The notes under the pieces are model-generated. The model was not told the origin of the DNA, searched no databases, and saw only the letters and a program-made list of their open reading frames with translations. A program made the translations under genes and the position numbers. This document shows, in pieces, positions 49,934 through 59,349 of a DNA stretch of 64,000 nucleotides; the first letter of the stretch is position 1; each line of letters begins with the position of its first letter. The stretch covers positions 1 to 64,000 of the forward strand of contig JAVECO010000059.1 in assembly GCA_051942205.1 (NCBI GenBank), given 5' to 3'. This stretch comes from Coniocarpon cinnabarinum (taxonomy: Eukaryota).

Positions 49934-51920
49934 TGCAGTCTGAATCGTAAATAATAGCAAGCTGAATTGCGATGAACAAAGAGGGTTGAACGGAGAGGAA
50001 CTGTGAAGAATGGCACCAGGCTAGAGAAATGGAAGTTGTTTGAGAGGAGGAGAGAAGGAGAGCAGGACGAGGTGTGGGAAGTATCCGTATCGTTGCTAGG
50101 TGTAGCGTTGCCAGGTGGTCAGAGCGCAAGGTCTGCACTCAGTTGACTGAAAGATGAGAGTGTAAACAAACTGTAGCTTTCAGATATGATTGATGCCTCT
50201 CACCTCTTGCCTTGTCTAACCGCGCAAAGGCTTTGCCTTGAAGTGTTTAAGCTCTCGCTTACTCTTGGCGTGACTCGTCTTGATTTTAGGGAGAAAGGTT
50301 TCGTCTGAACTTCACGCAAAAGGCTTTCCCGAAATGCATTGGCGACCGCTGACTTCAGATTGCTTTAAGGGGGTAGCGCTTCCCGGAACGGTGAGGACTG
50401 ACGCCCAACATAAGGCGATTCGGCTTTTGTGACAGTTTATTACCTTTCTACCTGGGACAGTCACCATTTCGTTCTATGGCATGATTATGGAGGCTGACTG
50501 GCTTCGAGAGTGTGGTGATTGTGAAGGATAGGAAACGTAGTAGATAGTTCGACAAGTTGTGAGAGTTCTAGGAGCGCAAGGATGTCGATTTTGAGAAGGC
50601 GAGAGGAACTCTTAAATAATGTGACAGCCCAAAGGAACGAGAGTATTCGAGTGAGCCAGTGAATCTCTCATATGACCACACACTTTCAAGACCTCACAAT
50701 CCCGAGTTTCTATCATGTGATTCAGTTCGGATTGTCACTCGAACGCGCGCGAATGATCGAGCGAGGTAGAACTGCCTGATGGAGTAGGTAAGGCCTATGC
50801 AAATATGACTGAATGAGTGCTTACTCGACGATGGTTGGTCGGTTTTCATATAAAGCTCGGTGCTCACTGCAAGTACGGAAGTTTGACATCACACAATGGC
50901 TGCCATGAAGTCTGCCGTTCTAGCTGGTTTCGTGCGCACAGCGAAATTGAAAGTACCTACTGATGGCTTCCTGCTACTTGAGATTGAATTCGCATACTTC
51001 AAAGCGGCCTTGAATTCGAGGGTACAATGACGATTGATCGTCAAAATCGCACGTCAGACGCAACTAACAAGTCCATGGTCAAAAGAATTAGATATGTTTG
51101 AGGAGATTGCCAACAACCATTGATATGAGGAAGATATAAGGCAGCCATTCTATTCGCTACAAGACGTTGATATCATCGACAACGCTGTAGATTTGTGTCA
51201 CCGTTTGGAAGTAAGTTGTTTGCATGACAGCTTGCAAACGCAGACAAAGACGTCACTGTATTCTCTGTCCTTCTCATTTGAATTTATTGCCTAGTAATAG
51301 TATACGGAAACCGCATGCATCGAGAATATCAAGCAATGAGGCACGTAGCTGAAAGTTGAACATCCAGACAGATCAAGAAGCGCATTGCTCAGGTCACGTG
51401 GTTGATGGTGGGAAAATGGCAGCTTTCGTCTGGTCTTGGTAGCAGTTGCCTGTAGCAACTAGGATGTGTAAGCTGTGTTCTGGCGCTAACACAAACTAGT
51501 GACAAGAGGGGGCTGAGCCACAGACGCTAGCGCAGCCTCCCCAATTTCTACCCAATCACACCTTTACTACAGCTCTTCGCAAACAGTGGTGGCTGGCTAG
51601 CGCCGCGCTCTCCTGCCCTCGCAAAATACGAAGGCTGGGCGGCCAGGCTACCGTCACCTCGCACGTGAGCCCAGGCAGCCATGCTCTCACGTGACGTGAC
51701 TGCCTGTCCTGAGGATTCCGCGCTCGCTCTCACTCAGACTATTCCCTTTCCGTCGAAGGTCTTGACTGTCACGTGCCCGCTGCAATTGATTTGAACGTCA
51801 TACTGTGATGCCAGTTGACGATCGTGCACCAAATGATTATTTGCTGTCGCGGGCACAGTCTGCATCGTTCCGTGCGCGTCTCCGTGCGCGTCTCCGGACG
51901 CACCATAGGCTCTCTCCATC

Positions 51921-53396
51921 ATGTCCGCCTCGTCTCAGCCCCGCAAGCCGGACCCCACCGCCACCTCCAAAGAGCGCAACGAGTACATCCCCTCCTTCAT
52001 CTCCAAAAAGCCCTTCTACGTCGCCGAGGAACACGATCTCGCCCACTCCACCACCACTACCTCTGCGACCTCTGATTACCTCGAGCACCAGCGCCTCGCT
52101 CAGCCCTCCATCCAGACCTCCCTCGCGACTTCGGAGCAGAAATGGTACGACCGTGGCTTGAAGAAGGGCACGGCCGCGACCAAGTATCGCAAGGGCGCGT
52201 GCGAGAACTGTGGGGCGATGGGTCACAGCAAGAAGGAATGTCTGAGTCGTCCGCGGAAGAAGGGCGCCCGGTGGACGGGCAGCGACATACAGGCGGATGT
52301 GCACGTTACGGGCGTAGAGCACGGCGGCTGGGACGCGAAGCGAGACCGGTGGAATGGTTACGACGCGCGAGAGCACCAATTAACAGTCGAGCAGCAAAAC
52401 GAGATGCGGCAGCTGATGGAGCAGCAGACGAAAAAAGCAGAAGACGCCGGGGACGGTGATGAGGACGACGAAGAAGCGGCGAAACACGAGCACGGCGTGG
52501 AGGACTCTGAGATCGCACAGCCCGGCAAAGGCCAGAAGCACCTGCGAATCCGCGAAGACACAGCCAAATACCTCCTCAACCTCGATCTCGACTCCGCGCG
52601 CTACGACCCCAAAACCCGGCGCATGGTCGACGAAGGCGCCACGGCGGACAAAGCCTCCGCCCTCGTCGCCGAAGAGGGCTTCGTGAGACAATCTGGGGAC
52701 GCCGCCGAGTTCGAAAAAGCGCAGCGCGTGGCGTGGGACTCGCAAGAAGCGGGCAACAGCGGGCAGCACGTCCAAGCGAACCCGACGTCCGGGGAGTACT
52801 TCCGCAAGAAGGAAGCAGAAGAGCTCGCAACGAAACAGGCGGCGCAGAAGCGCCTCCTCGCTGAGAAATATGGCAGTCAGGAGCAGTTCCGGGCGGACCG
52901 GGAGACGCAGCCGGCGGTGGTGGAGAGCGAGCGGTTCGTGGAGTATGACGAGCGGGGTAAGATCAAGGGGCGGGAGAAGAAAAAGACGAAGAGCAGTTAT
53001 GCGGAGGATGTGCTTATCAATAACCATACGAGCGTTTGGGGCAGCTGGTGGGATAACTTCCAATGGGGGTACGCGTGTTGTCACAGCACGGTAAAGAACA
53101 GCTACTGCGCGGGTAACGCAGGGCTTCCGGCGTTAACGGCGCCGGCCGAGGAAGAGACGGAGCTGGTGGAGGAGTCGACGGACGCGCGACCGCAGGAAGT
53201 TTCGCGAGGGGAGGCGTGGCAGGAAGAGGAAAGGCGAGAGGAGTTTGTGCCGAATGGCGTCGGGGAGGATGAGAAGGCGAGGGTGGACGAGTCTGCGCGG
53301 AAGCGCTCCATTTCGCAGACGGATCTTGATGGCTTTGACGGTGCTCTGGATGGGCAGCCGAGGAAGAGGTTGGCGGTTGGTGAAGCTGCGGCTTAG
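51921..53396 (+). CDS. SLU7: Pre-mRNA splicing factor Slu7
   Basis: [33 protein letters not shown] zinc knuckle, [40 protein letters not shown]. Confidence 0.95.
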   Translation: MSASSQPRKPDPTATSKERNEYIPSFISKKPFYVAEEHDLAHSTTTTSATSDYLEHQRLAQPSIQTSLATSEQKWYDRGLKKGTAATKYRKGACENCGAMGHSKKECLSRPRKKGARWTGSDIQADVHVTGVEHGGWDAKRDRWNGYDAREHQLTVEQQNEMRQLMEQQTKKAEDAGDGDEDDEEAAKHEHGVEDSEIAQPGKGQKHLRIREDTAKYLLNLDLDSARYDPKTRRMVDEGATADKASALVAEEGFVRQSGDAAEFEKAQRVAWDSQEAGNSGQHVQANPTSGEYFRKKEAEELATKQAAQKRLLAEKYGSQEQFRADRETQPAVVESERFVEYDERGKIKGREKKKTKSSYAEDVLINNHTSVWGSWWDNFQWGYACCHSTVKNSYCAGNAGLPALTAPAEEETELVEESTDARPQEVSRGEAWQEEERREEFVPNGVGEDEKARVDESARKRSISQTDLDGFDGALDGQPRKRLAVGEAAA

Positions 53397-53742
53397 CTGT
53401 GTTCGTCGTATCCTACACAGATATCTCGTGTGGCATTACTCATACCTTACCTCTCTCGTCCGTCTCATTTTCTGACTTAGATGCTTGCCCTTGAGAGAGA
53501 TGCGTTCCTGCCCGCCCAGCTCCCAAATGCCGAGTCCACGATGTAGTCACGCAGTTCGCATAGTTTTTGGCCAAAGGAAAGGCAGTGAAGAGTTAGACCA
53601 GGCATCTGGGAGTGACCATCTATCAAATATGTACCAGAAGGCTCGTCGTGGTAGAAACTAATGCGTATACAAAACATAGCACTCGAGTAATCATCAACAT
53701 ATGCAAGATACCTCCGCCCTTCTGAACACCGTCAAGATAACT

Positions 53743-56700
53743 CTACCAATCCAAGCCCTCCTCCCCCCTCCTTTCAGCATCCTGCCTCAGCGCGTCCTCC
53801 GCAGTCTCCACCACCGTCTCGCAGCGTCGTCTCTTTCGATCCGCCCTCACCCTGCTATAGAACACAGGACAGTCTTTACTATCACACCGCACTTCCTCGC
53901 CCCAAGCCAAACCACTGCAGCTACGACAGACCTTGTGCACGGCCTCCTGGCTGCCCTGCGCCTCGTGCAAACGCATTTGCATAGTGTAGAGGCTGCTCGC
54001 TGGCTCCGCAAGACATGCCTCGCACACGGGCAGGATGGCGCGATCAGAGGCGGGCACGCGCTGTGGGAGCTTCGTCCGGCATACGACGCAATGAGACGTA
54101 TGGAGGTATCCTTCCAGTGTCTTGGCCGGCTGAACAAGTGCGCCGTTGGGTGCATATTGGGGTTGCTGGTTCTGCTGGTTGTTGACGTCGCGGATGCGAT
54201 GTACCTTGGGCATCTCGTCGTACCATTGCCGTACATTAGCGCCCACGAGATTGAAGATGCGCTCCAGCGGTGGTATCAGATTTTTGCTAATGTAGTACTC
54301 AGCATCGAGCTCGGCACCCTCGTCCTTCAGCAGGGTTTCGGGCGCGACGCAGCGATCAATAAGGCGAGCTGATGGAGCGCCTGTGATGACGACGTAAGGT
54401 ATCCGCTCTCCGTATTGTGGCTCGGTGCGCGCGTCTTCGAGCATGCGCTTCGTTGAAATCAGAGCTCCTGGCGGTGGAGGACCTTTGTCGGCATATGTCC
54501 CAAGCTTGACTTCACGCGCATAACAAAAGTCTTGGATGCTGATATTGCCCGTCATAATCTTCGCACATTGTCGTAAGAAGTACGACTTCACCTGGCTGAG
54601 ATCACTGGTCCGGAAGAGGATTTTCAAGGCCTTCTCTTCGATCTTCTGCTCCGCGGCAGTACCATCTCGGCGGATGGTCTCAATGCCTTTCGCATCAAAC
54701 TCAGGCTCGACTTGGTCCTTGGATTCGTACTTGAAGCCTACATAGCGCTTTTTCGCCAGTAACACGCATGGATGATAAACCTTTTCAAACTTCAGCTTAA
54801 TCGGACGAGGATTCGTTTTCGTAATGGCTGCAGCAATTTCATTGCCAATGTCGAAAGCCTGTTCGCGCGTGCGTCCTTTCAAATAGACGAAGAGACTGTC
54901 AGTATCGCCATAAACCACTTCAGCACCCCAGCGTTCGACAGAATGAATCAATGCAATCGCCTTTTCAAGGGTTTCGCGGCCGGTTTGAACGATGCTGTCG
55001 GCGATTTCTGAGCAGGGCATCCTTCCGGAAAATGACGCGGACGTGTAGCCATAGGTGACATTCGCCAACAGCTTAAGCGCTAGTTGTCTGTTGTTGAGCA
55101 GTTGCTGAAGTGTTCTGTCGTCCTTATCGGCCTTCATTCCACTCTTAACCATGAATCGCGTCTCCAAAATCTCGCCTAACATCTTCGCGAGGAGTGACTT
55201 GCGCATCTCGGGCTTCACATACATCATGCCGTTCGGTGCAATATTGATAGAGTCCTTGACAAGCTGCAAGAGCCCTGGTTGCCGCTGAAAATCTGCGAAG
55301 CCCATCTTGTTACGGCCACGCCAGCTCACAACCCTACCAAGACAAGTCGAATAGCAGTAGTTGTAGGCGATCATGATACTTGGATAAAGAGACTGGAAGT
55401 CCAGTACCAACAGTGGGCTTGGGTAGAATGCGCTTTGTGGCTCCATTACCAATGGCAAGCATTCCAGAGCGTTCTGCTGCCCAACTTGTTTGCGGCTTGG
55501 AGATACAAGCAGGTAGTTTTCCGGCTTAGCAATGCGAAACATAAACGATTCAACCTTGAATTGCGAGCCCCTCGAGAACACCGAAAAGAAATCGACGCCG
55601 ATCAAGCGTGCTTGCTCACTCGTCCGAGCCACGAGTTCATTAGCTTCGAGGATCTCTAAGTTCATCCGAGTGCGCTCGAGGAAGTATCGTAGACACTTGG
55701 AGACGTCCCTCGTCTTGTCACTGCTGAAGAAAGCGGTCAGATCGGGAAACGGATAATGTGGGATTCGCTTGTGCAGCAGGTGGAACACGACGTTCTCCAT
55801 GGTATACTGGAGCAAGTTCAATTCACTTCGCATGGCTCGCCACACATTGATCATATGTCTGCCAGTGACTCTAATCGTGGATGTCGTATTGAAGCCCCAT
55901 CGATCAGCGGCTTTGCCAAATCTGCCATGCGAATGCGAGAGCATGCGCGAGAATTCATCGCACAAATCAAATTCGTACTTGATGCGAGCACGTTCGATCA
56001 AGTATCCCCAGGAGCCATTATGGACCTCGTATCCAGTGAGGATATCAGGATCATGCTCTCGGACGATATCGACAGTCCGATTTAATAAGTCAAGCTCGTT
56101 TGGCCACCACTCAACTTCCACAGCAGACTCCAGAGACACCTGTCGAGCTTTCTCTGGACTATCGGCAAGCAGGAGTATGCCAGTAATGAAGCCATCCACA
56201 GACTCGTCATTGCTGTCGCCATCGCATTTAATGCTCCAAAATATACAAGCTACTTCATCCTCCTCAGGATTAGGTACGAAAGCTTGTCGAGTATTCACAT
56301 GTACTTCAAGACTCATAGTGCTCATATATTGAGTTTCGTGCTTCACACTCGTTGACTCACGCTTCTGAGAAAATTTAAACCCATGCGCATGCTTCTGTGT
56401 TGGCCCTTCAATCTGCGACTGCATGCCTCTCCTCTGTTTAAAAGGCGATTTAGGTGGTATGGATGTATTCTTGGACGAGGGCAGTATAGCGCAGGCATCA
56501 TATTGATGAGCTCTTTCCTGCAGCCATGTCGAAACTTCTCCGTAAGATGGTGCTTGGCTGTTCAGCTGCCAATTGCGGAGTCTGCAGCGAGGGCGAAGTC
56601 CTTGGAATGTATTCTCTTGGGCTTCTGCATCCAGTGGAGGAGGGTCAGGCTCAATCAGAACCGAGATGGCCTTTACTGGATCAAAAGGCGGCAAGTATGG

Positions 56701-58800
56701 TGTCGTGCAGCCTGCAAGCCTAAACTCGCGGCCCGCGTAGTCACGAGCTCGTTCAGGCACGTCCATGTCCATGCTGTAGTAGGCATCCCTGTAAAGTACT
56801 GTTAAAGCGTTCGCATCGCGAAGATTTTGCTCCACGCTCTTAGCGGCTGGTGCGGCACGATGGAAAGCTATGACTGCTTTCGTGGGATTTGTGGTGGTAT
56901 AGTCGAAACCATGTGCCAGTGCAGATACAAGTGGCTGAGAGGGCGCGGCATTAGGAGACGTATCTTTGAGGACTTCCGAGTGTTCTGTACCTTTGGATGT
57001 GTCAAGTAGTTTCGTAGAAACTTCGTACACATTCTTGCGTGCAGCAGAGGCAGCTTCGGGAACATGATCCTGACTTGATATAGACTTGCTTACGGGGAAC
57101 CCCTGCACTTTGTTCTTTTCTCGTCCAGTTGCCGTGATCAATGTCTGAGATTTCGTTTGGCTGGAAGACGCAGTTGAGGCCTCCTTGTCAGTGCGCTCTC
57201 GAGGGTCATCTTCATCGAAGGCACTTGCAGTGCTGGCATCTTGTAGCTTCATCCTCTTCCTGGGAGGACCCTGCGCTTCATCCCAATCATCAAATTCCGT
57301 TTGTGCATGCCGGTGCTGCCGAACTTTCTGATGGCGATTTTCGGAAGCCATGTTGGTCGCGGCTCGCTTTTCGAGATCTCCACCTTCATGTTCATTTCTA
57401 GACACATGCGAGTTATTGCCTCTGCCATTCATATCGGAAATTTTTGGAAGCTGGGATCCGTCTTTCTCTGCAGAGTCATACAACTCGTCTTTCTTGACAG
57501 TCTCTCCTACATCCTGAGGAGCAAACAGTGCTTCAACGTCAGTGTCGTCCGCCGCGTTTGGGAACTCATCCTGCTCAAAGTTTGGGATACTCATCTCGTC
57601 GACCAACGCCTGCGTCGATGCGAAATTCTGTTGCTCTGAGAATGATTGTTCATCTCGCTCATCCTGCTGAAAGAGGAGGTTCTCACGAAAAAGATCCTCG
57701 ATGCTTTGCTGCGCAGTTTGCACGGAATGGGTACCATCCTTTGCCTGAACAAAGTCGTCGAAGTGACCGATATCCTTGTCCAAGGCGATCATCTCATCTA
57801 CAGCCAATTCGTCTACCTTACTTCGGTACTCATCTTCGTGAATCCAGCCACCTTTGTTTGTGTTTCTCGAATCTGCAGACATAGAAACCAGCACTTCAGG
57901 AGGAAAGGGGCTGCTCGAGTTGTCTGTCAAGCCCATGCGGCGTTTGCGACGCTTCGATTCATCCATCCAAAGTCCTGCAAGAGAGCGGACAAGTTTCTCT
58001 TCCGGATTGGCGGGCTGGAAATGTTCAGCAAAATCGGCGTGCAGATCACGTGCCTGTACTTCGAAACGGTTTACGATATCTTGTACACAAATATCAACTT
58101 CGAGTGAACAATGACTTTGTCTTGGAAATTCATCTGCTGGTGAGATGAAACTCTGATCGATTGAGCGATCGTGCCAATAGTGCCTTGTGTCAATGTTTGA
58201 CGCGCTGGGAATGGGGTCTCGAAATTTAAACTGGGCGCACTCTATGTACGCGCAGCCATACAAGTTGAAATCGCACATCCATTGGAGTAGGTACTGCAAA
58301 TGGGCTTCATATGGCTGGAAAGTCTGCTTCATGATGGCCCCTTGGTAAAGCAGGTCCGCGAATCGGGTCATGTTAATGGGATTCAGCATGTAGATCTTGA
58401 GAAAGTGGCGATGCCCCACATGATAGCCGAAAAATGGCACTGCCTTGACGAGCGTGATGTGGGCGACAAATCTTGCTTTGCCATCGTAGACATTGCGTCT
58501 GTAGCTGACGGCTAAAGCGTGGTCGATGGATATGCGTAGTTGGTGAATATAAGCGCCAAGGTCATCCTGCTCTAAGCTGCCATCGTAGCCGATGAACAAG
58601 TATGGTAATGCACCATGGATATGGGCGCAAACCTTCTGGCCCGTCTCTGTGGCCCCAAAGACTCGGATGACAGGAAGCGTTGGTGCTTCCTTTTGCTGCG
58701 TGGAGCCATGGCGACCAAACAGTGGTGGATCAAAGCTAGAGGGGGTCGCTTGATAGTGATCGATACAATTCAACATCAATCGGAAATGTAGTGGAGCCAG
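53743..58800 (-). CDS. REV3: DNA polymerase zeta catalytic subunit; start uncertain (CTG 58800 or ATG 58776)
   Basis: NCIDHYQ, HIHGALPYL, LDFQSLYPS, LALKLLANVTYGY, YGDTDSLF, C-terminal CysA/CysB (C..C...C..C; CRSC...CDSKDCPVFY). Confidence 0.95.
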   Translation of the reverse strand: MAPLHFRLMLNCIDHYQATPSSFDPPLFGRHGSTQQKEAPTLPVIRVFGATETGQKVCAHIHGALPYLFIGYDGSLEQDDLGAYIHQLRISIDHALAVSYRRNVYDGKARFVAHITLVKAVPFFGYHVGHRHFLKIYMLNPINMTRFADLLYQGAIMKQTFQPYEAHLQYLLQWMCDFNLYGCAYIECAQFKFRDPIPSASNIDTRHYWHDRSIDQSFISPADEFPRQSHCSLEVDICVQDIVNRFEVQARDLHADFAEHFQPANPEEKLVRSLAGLWMDESKRRKRRMGLTDNSSSPFPPEVLVSMSADSRNTNKGGWIHEDEYRSKVDELAVDEMIALDKDIGHFDDFVQAKDGTHSVQTAQQSIEDLFRENLLFQQDERDEQSFSEQQNFASTQALVDEMSIPNFEQDEFPNAADDTDVEALFAPQDVGETVKKDELYDSAEKDGSQLPKISDMNGRGNNSHVSRNEHEGGDLEKRAATNMASENRHQKVRQHRHAQTEFDDWDEAQGPPRKRMKLQDASTASAFDEDDPRERTDKEASTASSSQTKSQTLITATGREKNKVQGFPVSKSISSQDHVPEAASAARKNVYEVSTKLLDTSKGTEHSEVLKDTSPNAAPSQPLVSALAHGFDYTTTNPTKAVIAFHRAAPAAKSVEQNLRDANALTVLYRDAYYSMDMDVPERARDYAGREFRLAGCTTPYLPPFDPVKAISVLIEPDPPPLDAEAQENTFQGLRPRCRLRNWQLNSQAPSYGEVSTWLQERAHQYDACAILPSSKNTSIPPKSPFKQRRGMQSQIEGPTQKHAHGFKFSQKRESTSVKHETQYMSTMSLEVHVNTRQAFVPNPEEDEVACIFWSIKCDGDSNDESVDGFITGILLLADSPEKARQVSLESAVEVEWWPNELDLLNRTVDIVREHDPDILTGYEVHNGSWGYLIERARIKYEFDLCDEFSRMLSHSHGRFGKAADRWGFNTTSTIRVTGRHMINVWRAMRSELNLLQYTMENVVFHLLHKRIPHYPFPDLTAFFSSDKTRDVSKCLRYFLERTRMNLEILEANELVARTSEQARLIGVDFFSVFSRGSQFKVESFMFRIAKPENYLLVSPSRKQVGQQNALECLPLVMEPQSAFYPSPLLVLDFQSLYPSIMIAYNYCYSTCLGRVVSWRGRNKMGFADFQRQPGLLQLVKDSINIAPNGMMYVKPEMRKSLLAKMLGEILETRFMVKSGMKADKDDRTLQQLLNNRQLALKLLANVTYGYTSASFSGRMPCSEIADSIVQTGRETLEKAIALIHSVERWGAEVVYGDTDSLFVYLKGRTREQAFDIGNEIAAAITKTNPRPIKLKFEKVYHPCVLLAKKRYVGFKYESKDQVEPEFDAKGIETIRRDGTAAEQKIEEKALKILFRTSDLSQVKSYFLRQCAKIMTGNISIQDFCYAREVKLGTYADKGPPPPGALISTKRMLEDARTEPQYGERIPYVVITGAPSARLIDRCVAPETLLKDEGAELDAEYYISKNLIPPLERIFNLVGANVRQWYDEMPKVHRIRDVNNQQNQQPQYAPNGALVQPAKTLEGYLHTSHCVVCRTKLPQRVPASDRAILPVCEACLAEPASSLYTMQMRLHEAQGSQEAVHKVCRSCSGLAWGEEVRCDSKDCPVFYSRVRADRKRRRCETVVETAEDALRQDAERRGEEGLDW

Positions 58801-59349
58801 GTTGTAGTCTGGAGAGAGCACGGTGCACTGATCAATTCGTGCAGATGTACAGGGGTTTCCTTGAATCCTGTTCAAGTGATGTCCATTATAGCATAGCGCC
58901 TCTCAGTGATGCTTGCATCAACGCGATCCAGGATTCTAATTGCTGATGAATGCGTCTTTGTATGATATGGGAAAGCGAATATTGCTCACACCGACGTCAA
59001 CATTGGCTGGTAGTCGTATCAGATGGAGTTGCCTATGCATAACTAAAGGCAGTGCGACGGTATTCAATCTTACAGGTATGTAGATAGACTTTGAAGACTT
59101 GAGGCGCGTTGCGCGATCCAGACACGAGATGCACGTGATCGGCTCAGCCAACCGCAAGGCCGCAAGGCCGCAAAGCCACGCTAGTTACGCAAGCTGCTGG
59201 CGACGGTGACGGTAGTTCAGGTTGCCATGTTCAACTTCACCAAGAGTCCTTCCAAGATCATTGACTGGTCTCATATTGATCTGCACGAGGAGTGCGATAA
59301 GATTTGCCACCAGCACTTTGCGGCCGCGCCGTAGCAGGACACCTGCACG

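Noticed and set aside
38800..51900. Pheromone precursor, APC5 or MAT1-2-1 remnants
   Set aside because: No CAAX micro-ORF, repeated Kex2 peptide, APC5 or HMG-box motif recognised; small degenerate fragments could have been missed.
52142..53311. Multiple overlapping ORFs on both strands within SLU7
   Set aside because: Expected by-products of high GC coding sequence.
53701..54372. 223-aa + strand ORF
   Set aside because: Antisense shadow of the GC-rich REV3 3' end; no independent motif.
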